64,000 bases of DNA, taken from a virus (lineage: Duplodnaviria; Caudoviricetes). Each line of letters starts with the position of its first letter. Position 1 is the stretch's first letter. The notes beneath the pieces are model-generated. The model searched no databases and was not told the origin of the DNA. It saw nothing but the letters and a program-made list of their open reading frames with translations. Location of the stretch: the IMG/VR virus record IMGVR_UViG_3300027813_000012, positions 3,958 to 67,957 of that record. One strand, 5' to 3'. The translations under genes were made by a program, and so were the position numbers. Of the stretch, positions 16,720 through 26,849 are shown in pieces.

Positions 16720-18570
16720 ATGGCAACACCAATAACACAAAGGGTAAAATCCGCATTCCCTCAAAATGATGAAAATAAAATTGTAGCAAATCAAGGTAAA
16801 TTAGGTTTTAACCTAGAAAATAAAGTTGCAGAGGTACAGAAAAACATACCGCTAGTAGAAGCTAGTGAGGGTAAGGTTACTGGTCAAATGGCGGGTGACA
16901 AAATGTCTGATGACGATTGGAATAAGTATTTAGCTCAAGAGTCACCAGAAAGAAAAGCAGAAAGGTTACAACAACAAACCGATGCTGGTGTTAGAGAAGG
17001 TGTTGTTACTCAAGGTGAAGCAGATACTCAAAATGCTGCAAATGTTGCGGAGGAACCTAAAGAATACGGTAATTTTAAACCTATTGAATTAGAAAACGAA
17101 TATCAAACTAACCAAAGTAGGTCTGAAGCAATGAATCAGGTCAGAAGAAATAGATCTCTTCAAAGAAATATTAAAAGAGAAAACAACAAAGCTAGAAGAG
17201 GTTTAAATAAAGCAGCAAGAAAAGGAGATTTAACTGAACAACAAACGAAAGACTTAAAATATTATAACGATAATAGGTATACCTCTGGATCAGGTGGTAA
17301 TGCTAAAAGAGATGCTAATGGTAATATAATTGGTAGTAATCTTGAAAACGCTATAGGTGATCTTAACCAGGGTATTGGTGATCAAACGAAAATATCTGGC
17401 GGAAACTTAAACTCTCAAGCAAACAGAGATAGGTTGGAACAAGAGGGTATAATTACAGGTGATGGAACATCTGGCACAACAACACAAACAGGAGACATCG
17501 AAACAGTTGAAACAGTTGAAACAATGAACCAACAAAAATCATCATATAAACAAAAACCATATAGTGGTTTTCAACAAAACCCTAAGTCACCTAAGAAACA
17601 AGCAGAGCTTTTAGATCAAGCAGGTAAAAAACTTGGTAACGTAAGCAAAACAGGTAGTTTTTCTAAGGTTAGTTCCGCAGTAGGTCCTGTGAATATGGGT
17701 AACGCTCCTAAAGTAAGTGGTGGAACTAAATTATTAAACAAAGGTAAAAAAGTTTTAGGCTCGCTACCAAATAAAGGTAAAGCTGGTTTAGTCAAAAAAG
17801 TAGGTCTTGGGCTATTGGGTCTTGCTGGTGCTGTTGGATTGGTTGGCGGAGCAAAAAGAATATTATCCTCTGACGGCGGAGATGATACACCTCCACCACC
17901 AGAAATTACACCTACTAAAACAAGTAAATCATACGATCAAGCTTATCAAGATAGAGATAGAAAGACATATGGTCATATGAATAAATCTAACTATGTAAAA
18001 GAAGCTAAAAGACAGAATGATGTATTTGGCAAAACAGGTAAATGGGATTATAAGAATGCTCCTAAAGATCCAGGACCAGCGGGTAACACATTAAAATCAC
18101 AACCTATAGTTAAAGTTGGTGGTGGGAGTGAAATAAAAGCTCAACCTCTTCTAAATAAAGTTGCACCAGTAGCTGCACCAGTATCCGCACCTATTGATAA
18201 CAAACAGAAAAAAGCTATTAAGAAAATAGGTAAACTAGAAGGTAGAAATCAAACTTCAAAACGTGATATTAGAATAGCTAAACAAAAAGATAAAGCTGCT
18301 GGATTAAGCAGGAAACAAGTTAAAGCTAATAAGTTAACTAGAAAGTCTGGTGGAACAGTTCCTTCAGCTGGATCTTCAGCTGGATCTTCTTCAACAGTTA
18401 CTATGCCAAGAGTAATGAACAGTGCACAATACAACCAAGCTAAGAACTTAGGTGGTGGTAGTGCTATAGACGCTGTTAAAAGCGGTGCTGTTACTATTGA
18501 GAGTAGAGAGAATGAACTTAAAGCAGCTACTGGATTCAAACAAAAAGGTTGGAAAGGTTTCCAAAAATAA
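16720..18570 (+). CDS. Low-complexity protein, acidic N-half and basic C-half (possible internal virion protein)
   Basis: ORF track, 616 aa, G/K/Q/N-rich. Confidence 0.55.
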   Translation: MATPITQRVKSAFPQNDENKIVANQGKLGFNLENKVAEVQKNIPLVEASEGKVTGQMAGDKMSDDDWNKYLAQESPERKAERLQQQTDAGVREGVVTQGEADTQNAANVAEEPKEYGNFKPIELENEYQTNQSRSEAMNQVRRNRSLQRNIKRENNKARRGLNKAARKGDLTEQQTKDLKYYNDNRYTSGSGGNAKRDANGNIIGSNLENAIGDLNQGIGDQTKISGGNLNSQANRDRLEQEGIITGDGTSGTTTQTGDIETVETVETMNQQKSSYKQKPYSGFQQNPKSPKKQAELLDQAGKKLGNVSKTGSFSKVSSAVGPVNMGNAPKVSGGTKLLNKGKKVLGSLPNKGKAGLVKKVGLGLLGLAGAVGLVGGAKRILSSDGGDDTPPPPEITPTKTSKSYDQAYQDRDRKTYGHMNKSNYVKEAKRQNDVFGKTGKWDYKNAPKDPGPAGNTLKSQPIVKVGGGSEIKAQPLLNKVAPVAAPVSAPIDNKQKKAIKKIGKLEGRNQTSKRDIRIAKQKDKAAGLSRKQVKANKLTRKSGGTVPSAGSSAGSSSTVTMPRVMNSAQYNQAKNLGGGSAIDAVKSGAVTIESRENELKAATGFKQKGWKGFQK

Positions 18571-18575
18571 AATAA

Positions 18576-19040
18576 ATGTCTAATAAAAAGAAGTTTTCAG
18601 AAACAAAAGTAGGTGGATTCCTATCTAAAGTCGCTCCAGGTTTATTTTCCACAATAGGGGATATATTGCCTAATAGCGGTGTTTTAGGTTTAGTGAAGGG
18701 TATTATATCCAAAGCAAGTCCTGAAGATTTACCACCTGAAGACAAAGAAACAGCTCTGAAACTACTAGAGCAGGATATGACTGAAATGCAGGAAGTATCA
18801 AAACGCTGGGTGTCGGATATGAAATCCGATTCTTGGCTCTCGAAAAACACACGTCCACTAACGTTAGTATTCTTAACAGTATCATGTGTTTTGTTGATAT
18901 TATTAGATAGCTTTGAAATACAGTTTACGGTTACTGAAGAATGGGTTGATTTATTAAAATCCTTACTAGTCACTGTTTATGTAGCTTATTTTGGTTCTCG
19001 AGGGGTAGAAAAATTTAAAACAATAAGTCAAAAAAAATAG
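18576..19040 (+). CDS. Holin (3TM / GTA-holin-like)
   Basis: EVSKRWVSDMKSDSWLSKNTRPLTLVFL..VYVAYFGSRGVEK. Confidence 0.75.
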   Translation: MSNKKKFSETKVGGFLSKVAPGLFSTIGDILPNSGVLGLVKGIISKASPEDLPPEDKETALKLLEQDMTEMQEVSKRWVSDMKSDSWLSKNTRPLTLVFLTVSCVLLILLDSFEIQFTVTEEWVDLLKSLLVTVYVAYFGSRGVEKFKTISQKK

Positions 19041-19041
19041 T

Positions 19042-19392
19042 ATGCCTAGAATTAGCAGTTTACAGAACGATAGTAGTTTAAGCGACGGGGACAGATTACT
19101 GGGAACTGATACGGATGGTTCTACAAAAAATTTCACGCTTGCGCAAATAAAAGAGTTCACAAATGGTGGAGCCACCGCGTATAAGCATCACCAAAACAAT
19201 GCGTCAACAACTTGGACGATAACACATAGTTTGAACCTCGAGGATTATTTGCCAATGGTAAATATAAAGCTATCGGGTGGTGGAACATTTAATAACATAC
19301 AGTCGCTAGGTGTAGTTACTTACATTACTAAAGATCAATTAAAAATAGACCTTGCTGATTCAGCGAGTGGATACGCATACTTAAAAGCTTAA
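19042..19392 (+). CDS. Tail-associated protein
   Basis: YKHHQNNASTTWTITHSL module; precedes tail fibre. Confidence 0.55.
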   Translation: MPRISSLQNDSSLSDGDRLLGTDTDGSTKNFTLAQIKEFTNGGATAYKHHQNNASTTWTITHSLNLEDYLPMVNIKLSGGGTFNNIQSLGVVTYITKDQLKIDLADSASGYAYLKA

Positions 19393-19423
19393 CATAATAA
19401 ATAATTTATAATAACTTAAAAAA

Positions 19424-21418
19424 ATGGCAATACCTATTCTCAATCACATGGACTTTAACAAGTCCGCGGAAATCCGAAACGTTCGGTTGCATAACCAAGC
19501 CTCGTCGGGCGTGTCAAGTCCTGGTACTGGCCAAATACTGTACGATTCTGGATCTGTAAAAATATACAATGGATCTGCTTGGCTAACGCTAGCATCTGGT
19601 GGTGGTACTAGAGCTGTATCACTTGACACTAACGGAGACGGAAGTGTAAACAACACATTAGAATTAAGTGAGACTCTAGTTCTTAAAAAAGGATCTGGTG
19701 TTTCTTTAGCAGAAGTTGGTGGTGTTGTTACAATATCCGCTACAGGATCACAATTAACAGGTGCCCAAGTAAAAGACTTTGCAGGGGCGATGTTTACAAG
19801 TAATACTGAAACTGGTATTACAGCAACGTATCAAGCTGCTGATGACACGGTAGATTTAGTTATTGGCGCTGGTGATATTGTTCACTCAATGCTTGCTGAC
19901 GATTCTGTCGACGCTGACAATTTAGCTTCAGACGCGGTTGTTACCGCTAGTATAGTTGATGCAAACGTTACTGTAGCAAAAATTGCAGATGACGCAGTAA
20001 CCGCTGCTAAACTTGCGGCTAGTGCAGTAGTAACAGCATCTATTGTAGATCTAAATGTTACCACGGCTAAAATAGCTGCTGACGCAATAACTGGCGCTAA
20101 AATCGCAGACGATGCTATCGATTCAGAGCATTATGTAGATGCTAGTATTGACAACGCACACTTAGCTGGTTCAATAACAAACGCTAAATTATCAAACTCT
20201 TCAATTACAATAGACGGTACCGCAATATCTTTAGGTGGTTCGGTAACTACAAACACTATTGCTAATACTGATATAGATGTCAATAACGCTAACTTACTAA
20301 CTAGACTTGCTGCTTTAGAATCAGCAGGCGGCGCAACTGATCAAAACATAGTAATAGGTACTGATTCAGGCGATACAATAGTTGTAACTGGTAACTTACA
20401 AGTTTCTGGTACTACCACTACGGTTAATTCAACCACGGTAAGTCTTGCTGATAACAACATAGTATTATCTAGTGGCAACAGTACAGCGGCTGTAATCAAC
20501 ACAGCTGGTATAACCTTAGAAGGTGGTTCTGGTTCTGATGTAACTTGGATGTGGAACTCATCTGGTACAGCTATGGAACTGAAATTAGGTTCCACACTAA
20601 CAGCTGCTAAGTTTGGAAATATAACAGGTACACTAGCAACCGTTTCACAACCTAACGTTACAGGTGTTGGAACAATTGGAACTGGTGTATGGCAAGGTAC
20701 GGCAATAGCAAGTGCATATATTGCTGCAGATGCAATTACGGGTGCTAAGATAGCGGATGACGCTGTTGATAGCGAACATATTGCTGCTGACAGTATTGAT
20801 ACGGAACACTACGCTGCTGGTTCAGTAGATGCTACCGCTTTAGCAAGTAACGCAGTAACTACTGTTAAAATAAATGCAGATGCAGTAACTAGTGCTAAGA
20901 TTGCTGATGACGCTATAGATTCAGAACACATAACTGATGGTTCGGTTGATAACGCTCACTTAGCTGGTTCAATCACTAATGCTAAACTTTCTAATAGTTC
21001 TATCACAATTGATGGTTCAGCAATATCTTTAGGAGGTTCTGTCACTACTAACAACACTCAACTAGCGTTTGCTTCAGCTGCAGAGGTTCAAGCAGGTACA
21101 AACACGGCAAAAGCTGTTAATCCTGATAAACTCGCCGCTAAATCAGTTCACGCTACAATTGACGTATCTGATTCAAATTTCACATCTAACTTATATGCTG
21201 AGATTAATCACGGTTTAGGTAGTGAGGATTTAATAGTTCAATTATTTGATTCTTCATCAAAAGAAACAGTATTCGCTGATATTGCTAGAACAGATAAAGA
21301 TAATTCAGCATCCACAGCTAAGATCAAAGTAACTTTTGCATCAGCTCCCGCGGCTGATATAGAGGTTGTTATTACATCAATACAAGGATCGTCAGCTGGA
21401 ACAGTTGCTTACGCTTAA
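19424..21418 (+). CDS. Tail fibre protein with DAVTxAKIA repeats
   Basis: Repeated AITGAKIADDAIDSEH units; VSGTTTTVNSTTV..DNNIVL segment; FASAAEVQAG. Confidence 0.8.
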   Translation: MAIPILNHMDFNKSAEIRNVRLHNQASSGVSSPGTGQILYDSGSVKIYNGSAWLTLASGGGTRAVSLDTNGDGSVNNTLELSETLVLKKGSGVSLAEVGGVVTISATGSQLTGAQVKDFAGAMFTSNTETGITATYQAADDTVDLVIGAGDIVHSMLADDSVDADNLASDAVVTASIVDANVTVAKIADDAVTAAKLAASAVVTASIVDLNVTTAKIAADAITGAKIADDAIDSEHYVDASIDNAHLAGSITNAKLSNSSITIDGTAISLGGSVTTNTIANTDIDVNNANLLTRLAALESAGGATDQNIVIGTDSGDTIVVTGNLQVSGTTTTVNSTTVSLADNNIVLSSGNSTAAVINTAGITLEGGSGSDVTWMWNSSGTAMELKLGSTLTAAKFGNITGTLATVSQPNVTGVGTIGTGVWQGTAIASAYIAADAITGAKIADDAVDSEHIAADSIDTEHYAAGSVDATALASNAVTTVKINADAVTSAKIADDAIDSEHITDGSVDNAHLAGSITNAKLSNSSITIDGSAISLGGSVTTNNTQLAFASAAEVQAGTNTAKAVNPDKLAAKSVHATIDVSDSNFTSNLYAEINHGLGSEDLIVQLFDSSSKETVFADIARTDKDNSASTAKIKVTFASAPAADIEVVITSIQGSSAGTVAYA

Positions 21419-21435
21419 TAATAACAATAAAATAC

Positions 21436-21455
21436 AGCGGTGCTTCGGTGCCGCT
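21436..21455 (+). terminator. Hairpin after tail fibre gene
   Basis: AGCGGTGC-TTCG-GTGCCGCT; weak U tract. Confidence 0.55.
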
Positions 21456-21478
21456 AGTATTAATTTAATATACACAAT

Positions 21479-21898
21479 ATGAGCTTGAAATTTTTATCTG
21501 ACATTGAAGTCGGAACAATTATAGAGGACATAGCTGCCGCGGTAAGTAGTGGAACAAATAACAGGAACCACGATATAGATTTTGCAAAGAGTCATGCTAA
21601 CTATACAGTAACCGCCGTTAATGCTGCTAGTAATAAAATTACCTTTAGTAATTTAGGTTCCACTATTGTTGGTAAACATGGTTCTATAATAATAACAAAC
21701 CCAAGCGCTGTAGGTTCTTATACGTGGCTAGGGTCGAGTGGTTTACCAGCTACAGCTTACACACCTGGTGGTCAACAAATAACTTTTGATACAACAGCTA
21801 GTAAAATAGCTATAATAACCTATTTTGTGATTGCATCAGATAAAGTATTAATTAACTACGCTGGGGCATTTTCTGCGTACGAACAAGCAACACCATAA
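21479..21898 (+). CDS. Tail-associated hypothetical protein
   Basis: ORF track; position among fibre genes. Confidence 0.5.
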   Translation: MSLKFLSDIEVGTIIEDIAAAVSSGTNNRNHDIDFAKSHANYTVTAVNAASNKITFSNLGSTIVGKHGSIIITNPSAVGSYTWLGSSGLPATAYTPGGQQITFDTTASKIAIITYFVIASDKVLINYAGAFSAYEQATP

Positions 21899-21901
21899 AC
21901 A

Positions 21902-24319
21902 ATGAGTTGGTTATGGAATAGAATAGATTTTTGGGGTACTTCTACACTAAAGAGTACGAGCAAGGTGACAACTAAATCAACTAGCACAACTAAGTCGACT
22001 AATACTGTGTTCAACACTAGTACATCAACATTAACGACTTACAATACAACTAAATCAACTAGCACAACAACTACGTTTGCTACAACTAAATCAACTAGCA
22101 CAACAACTACATTCGCTACGTCTAAAAACACAACAACTACTTTTAGCACCAATAAAAGCACTTCCACAACAACCGCTTTTTCAACCACAAGGCCTACAAC
22201 CACCACTTTTAACACGTCTCAATCTACAAACACTGTATATAACACTAGTACATCTACTGTTTATAATACTAGTAAAACAACAACCGTTTCCACGAGTAAG
22301 TCTACGACAACTACATTTAGTACGTCTAAAGATACAACAACCGCCTACACAACTACATTTGCTACAAGCAGGTCAACTAATACTATAACGATAACTCACT
22401 ACAACACCGCATACAACACAAGTACATCTACAACTAGAGCAACTAATACTATTTACACATCTACGTTTTCTACGAGTAAAAATACAACTACCACATTTAA
22501 CACTAGTCAAGTTACATCTAAAAACACAGCAACAACTTTTAGTACTAGTAAATCAACGTTGAAAGCAACTTCGAAAAATACAACAACCACTTATAATACA
22601 ACTTGGAATACTTTTTTAAGAAATACTATATCAACGCTTATAACAGCTTATAACACTAGTACTAATACAATAACGTCTTTCAATACTAGCCAAGTTACAT
22701 CTACGGCTTATACAACAACGTTTTCCACGAGTAAAAACACTACTACAACGTATAACACTAGTAAGTCTACAAATACCGTTTATAACACCTCTACCGCAAC
22801 AGTAACTACTTATACAACAACGTTTTCCACAAGTAAAGCTACAACGACTGCTTATAATACGTCTACAAATACAATTACCGCTTACAACACTAGTACTATA
22901 ACAAGCAAGAACACGACAACCGTTTGGAGCACAAGTAAAAATACTACCACAACTTATAATACGTCTACAACAACAGTAACTACTTATACGACAACTTGGA
23001 GTACAAGTAAGGCTACGTCAACTGTTTGGAGTACAAGTAAAGCTACGTTAACAACATACAACACATCTACAGCTACTTCAACTACTTACACTTCATATTT
23101 TAATACTAGTAAGAATACAACCACAACATACAACACTAGCAAAGCTACTTCAACCGCTTACACGACAACATATGGTACTTCTAAGAACACTACCACTACA
23201 TATAACACTAGCAAGAGTACGTTAACGACTTTCAATACTAGTCAATCCACTTCAACTACTTATACCTCATATTGGAACACTAGTAAAAATACTACAACGA
23301 CATATAACACTAGCAAGACCACTTCAACCGCCTATACAACAACATATGGTACCTCTAAGAATACAACAACAACGTATTCTACATCTAAGACCACGTCTAC
23401 AACTTTTCAAACTAGTATAGTAACCTCTAAGAACACCACTACGACGTATGCTACAAGTAAGAACACTACAACGACATACGCTACAAGTAAGAGCACATCT
23501 ACAACTTTTCAAACAAGTATAGTAACTTCTAAAAATACAACAACTACTTGGGGGACTAGTAAGTCTACTACCACGACTTTCGCTACTAGCCGAAACACAA
23601 CAACCACTTTCGCCACTAGCCAAAACACAACCACAACTTACAATACTAGTAAAAGTACGTCGGTTACAACAACTTTTAACACAACTGTTAGTACTAGTAA
23701 AAACACAACTACAAATTACAATACTACTTATTCAACTACTTTTAACACTACTTTCACAACAACATACTTAACAACATATAATACGGCGGCTGGAGTAATC
23801 TCAGCGCTTAGAAGCGATGCCTCTAACCAAATGGGTGCTTGTACTCAATTCTGTACCACAACGTTTTGGCACACCGGAAGTAGTTTTCCTCCTGCTCAAG
23901 GAAATTACGCTTATACAAATTCAGCCGGCACATCAGCTTTATCGGCTGCTTGGTATGGAATTGGATCAAGTTTTGGGGGAGCTTCGCATGCGATGAGAAC
24001 AGGTAGTGGTGCTTACATTCAAGCTGTTGATGTTTGTTCTGGCGGTGGTGGTGGTGGACCTTCTGACAGAAGATTGAAAAAGAATATAGAGTTTATGTAC
24101 ATATCACCGGAAGGGCATAATGTTTACTCTTTTGAATTTAAAAAAGACAAGCTTTACGGTAAAGATGTTAGTGGTGTATGGATGGGTTGTATGGCTGATG
24201 AATTAGAACACTTAGACGATGGTACTGTCTTGATAATGGGTGATGGGTTTAAGTTTGTTCAGTACGATAAAATTGATGTTGAATTTAAAAAATTAAAATC
24301 ATGTTTGACGAAAGCTTAA
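21902..24319 (+). CDS. Thr/Ser-rich repeat fibre protein with C-terminal tip domain and S74 intramolecular chaperone
   Basis: ~10-aa repeats (Y/F/W)NTSKNTTTT, Cys-bounded tip domain, GGGGGGP-SDRRLKKNI. Confidence 0.8.
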   Translation: MSWLWNRIDFWGTSTLKSTSKVTTKSTSTTKSTNTVFNTSTSTLTTYNTTKSTSTTTTFATTKSTSTTTTFATSKNTTTTFSTNKSTSTTTAFSTTRPTTTTFNTSQSTNTVYNTSTSTVYNTSKTTTVSTSKSTTTTFSTSKDTTTAYTTTFATSRSTNTITITHYNTAYNTSTSTTRATNTIYTSTFSTSKNTTTTFNTSQVTSKNTATTFSTSKSTLKATSKNTTTTYNTTWNTFLRNTISTLITAYNTSTNTITSFNTSQVTSTAYTTTFSTSKNTTTTYNTSKSTNTVYNTSTATVTTYTTTFSTSKATTTAYNTSTNTITAYNTSTITSKNTTTVWSTSKNTTTTYNTSTTTVTTYTTTWSTSKATSTVWSTSKATLTTYNTSTATSTTYTSYFNTSKNTTTTYNTSKATSTAYTTTYGTSKNTTTTYNTSKSTLTTFNTSQSTSTTYTSYWNTSKNTTTTYNTSKTTSTAYTTTYGTSKNTTTTYSTSKTTSTTFQTSIVTSKNTTTTYATSKNTTTTYATSKSTSTTFQTSIVTSKNTTTTWGTSKSTTTTFATSRNTTTTFATSQNTTTTYNTSKSTSVTTTFNTTVSTSKNTTTNYNTTYSTTFNTTFTTTYLTTYNTAAGVISALRSDASNQMGACTQFCTTTFWHTGSSFPPAQGNYAYTNSAGTSALSAAWYGIGSSFGGASHAMRTGSGAYIQAVDVCSGGGGGGPSDRRLKKNIEFMYISPEGHNVYSFEFKKDKLYGKDVSGVWMGCMADELEHLDDGTVLIMGDGFKFVQYDKIDVEFKKLKSCLTKA

Positions 24320-24876
24320 TACCAGTATACGATGGTACAGATTTCACCATAACCAAAGAGGAGGTCGTTGTGTCAGCATCCGAAGTTGATTGGGTTGTTA
24401 ATAAAGAAACTAAATCAATACTTCGCTATAAAGATGACCAATTTCACTTTTATTACAATGACGACACTTTAGGTAGGTTGCTTACTGGTGACTGCATTAC
24501 CTGTGGTTGGGATAGCAAAATAGCGGACTTATACAGCGGTTTAGCTTGGGGTGATATATTAGTCTTAGGTTTGGGCTTGGGTGTTTTACCAGAGTACATA
24601 AAAGTAAACAAAAACCCAACTTCTATTGATGTTATAGAGAGTGACAATGAGGTTATAACCGTTGTGGATTGGTTAAGTAGTGATATAAATGTTATAAATG
24701 CAAACGAGTTTACTTATACGCCAGTTAAAACGTATGATATAATAATATGTGAGCTTTGGGCTGAAAACACAGATATTACACAAGATCACAAAGATTCTTT
24801 ACTAGCTAATTACTCCAGTCATTTAAAAAGTGGTGGGGCTATTTTAATTCCAATTAACTCTGAAATACTAAGTTAG
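24301..24876 (+). CDS. Class I SAM-dependent methyltransferase-like protein (spermidine-synthase-like fold)
   Basis: GDILVLGLGLG, IDVIESD, YDIIICELW, HLKSGG. Confidence 0.75.
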   Translation: MFDESLIPVYDGTDFTITKEEVVVSASEVDWVVNKETKSILRYKDDQFHFYYNDDTLGRLLTGDCITCGWDSKIADLYSGLAWGDILVLGLGLGVLPEYIKVNKNPTSIDVIESDNEVITVVDWLSSDINVINANEFTYTPVKTYDIIICELWAENTDITQDHKDSLLANYSSHLKSGGAILIPINSEILS

Positions 24877-26796
24877 ATGCCAAATACTTCTAGGAACACT
24901 TCACGAAATACATCTAGATCTACTATTAGAAATACGTCTAATTCTACGTATAAAGCTACCTCAACGGTATTTAATACGATAAGATCTACAAGCCGTGTAA
25001 CAACTTGGACAACCACTTTTGCAACTAGTAAGTCTACTTCAACGTCTTGGAATACAAGTAAAGCAACCTCAACATCATGGCTTACTAGCAAAGCTACAAC
25101 AACCAGTTACAACACTAGCAAAGCTACTTCGACAACATACACATCGTATTGGAATACTAGTAAAAACACCACTACAACTTATAATACTAGCAAAGCCACA
25201 CTAACAACTTATAATACTAGCAAAGCTACTTCAACTACGTATACTTCGTATTGGAACACTAGCAAGAACACTACCACGACGTACAACACAAGTCATACCA
25301 CTTTAACTTCTTATAATACTAGTACTATAACAACTAAAGATACTACCACAACGTATAATACTAGTCATACCACTTTAACAACTTGGCAGACGAGTATCAT
25401 AACCAGTAAAAACACGACAACAACTTGGTCAACTAGTAAAAATACCACAACGACATATAATACAACTAAGAGTACTTTAACTTCCTACAACACATCGACA
25501 GTTACTACCAAAAATACAACGACTACGTATAACACTAGTAAAGCAACGTTAACAACTTGGCAGACGAGTATTGTGACTAGTAAGAACACGACTACAACGT
25601 TTAGTACTAGTAAGAATACGACTACAACGTTTAATACAAGTCAAAATACGACTACAACGTTTAATACTAGTCAAATAACAACAAAGAATACGACTACAAC
25701 TTACAATACTAGTAAAACAACATTAACAACATTTAACACTAGTCAAGCCACTTCAACTGCTTACACAACTACATTTGCTACAAGCAAATTAACTAGCGAA
25801 TCATCTAGCACGTCTAAGAGTACAACGACTACGTATAACACTAGTACAATAACTACTAAGTCTACTAATACAGTTGTTTCCACAAACAAAAACACAACTA
25901 CAACGTTTAATACTAGTAAAACAACGTTAACGACTTATAACACTAGTACTATAACAAGCAAGAATACTACTACAACTTGGGGTACTTCTAAATTAACTAA
26001 TACAGCTTTTGAGACTTCTAAAAATACGCTGTCTACAGGTCAAATTTATAGATCAACAAGCCAATCAACAAACACTATAACCATAACAGCTTACAATACT
26101 AGTACAACTACAACATACAATACTAGCACAACAACATCAACGTCATACACTACGACTTGGTCAACTAGTAAAGCTACATTAACGACTTACAATACGAGTA
26201 CTATTACCACTAAGGGTACAACAACAACTTTTAATACAGCATATAATACATCAACAGATACAGCTCACACCACAACCACTGTTTACACTACTACTTACAA
26301 TACTAGTACAATAACAAGTAAAACAACTATCACAACGTTTAACACGTCTAAATCTACAACTACAACATACAATACTAGTACAACAACTACTTACAATACT
26401 AGTACGTCAACAACTGTTTCAACAAATAAAAACACTACAACCGTTTGGTCAACTAGCAAAGATACTACGACAACGTTTAATACGTCTACAGCAACTTTAA
26501 CAACAACAACGTTTAATACGTCAACTAGTACGCTAACAACTTACAATACGAGTACATTAACTAATACGACCACGACATACAACACTAGCACGTTAACCAA
26601 CACGACTACAACATACAACACCAGTAAAAATACAACTACCACTTTTTCAACAAATAAAAACACAACAACGACGTTCAACACATCTACATCTTACACTACC
26701 ACTTACAACACTAGCACAAGCACTATAACGTCTTGGTATGAAGACGGTGGTAAACAAGGTCAACTAGGTGACAAGCCTTTTAGTGACGGTAGGTAG
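24877..26796 (+). CDS. Second Thr/Ser-rich repeat protein
   Basis: Same 10-aa repeat over nearly the whole 639 aa; no signal peptide. Confidence 0.8.
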   Translation: MPNTSRNTSRNTSRSTIRNTSNSTYKATSTVFNTIRSTSRVTTWTTTFATSKSTSTSWNTSKATSTSWLTSKATTTSYNTSKATSTTYTSYWNTSKNTTTTYNTSKATLTTYNTSKATSTTYTSYWNTSKNTTTTYNTSHTTLTSYNTSTITTKDTTTTYNTSHTTLTTWQTSIITSKNTTTTWSTSKNTTTTYNTTKSTLTSYNTSTVTTKNTTTTYNTSKATLTTWQTSIVTSKNTTTTFSTSKNTTTTFNTSQNTTTTFNTSQITTKNTTTTYNTSKTTLTTFNTSQATSTAYTTTFATSKLTSESSSTSKSTTTTYNTSTITTKSTNTVVSTNKNTTTTFNTSKTTLTTYNTSTITSKNTTTTWGTSKLTNTAFETSKNTLSTGQIYRSTSQSTNTITITAYNTSTTTTYNTSTTTSTSYTTTWSTSKATLTTYNTSTITTKGTTTTFNTAYNTSTDTAHTTTTVYTTTYNTSTITSKTTITTFNTSKSTTTTYNTSTTTTYNTSTSTTVSTNKNTTTVWSTSKDTTTTFNTSTATLTTTTFNTSTSTLTTYNTSTLTNTTTTYNTSTLTNTTTTYNTSKNTTTTFSTNKNTTTTFNTSTSYTTTYNTSTSTITSWYEDGGKQGQLGDKPFSDGR

Positions 26797-26849
26797 ATAA
26801 GTGTAAAAGCGTGTAACTATTATACTATTAAGAATTCAAATCAAATTAT

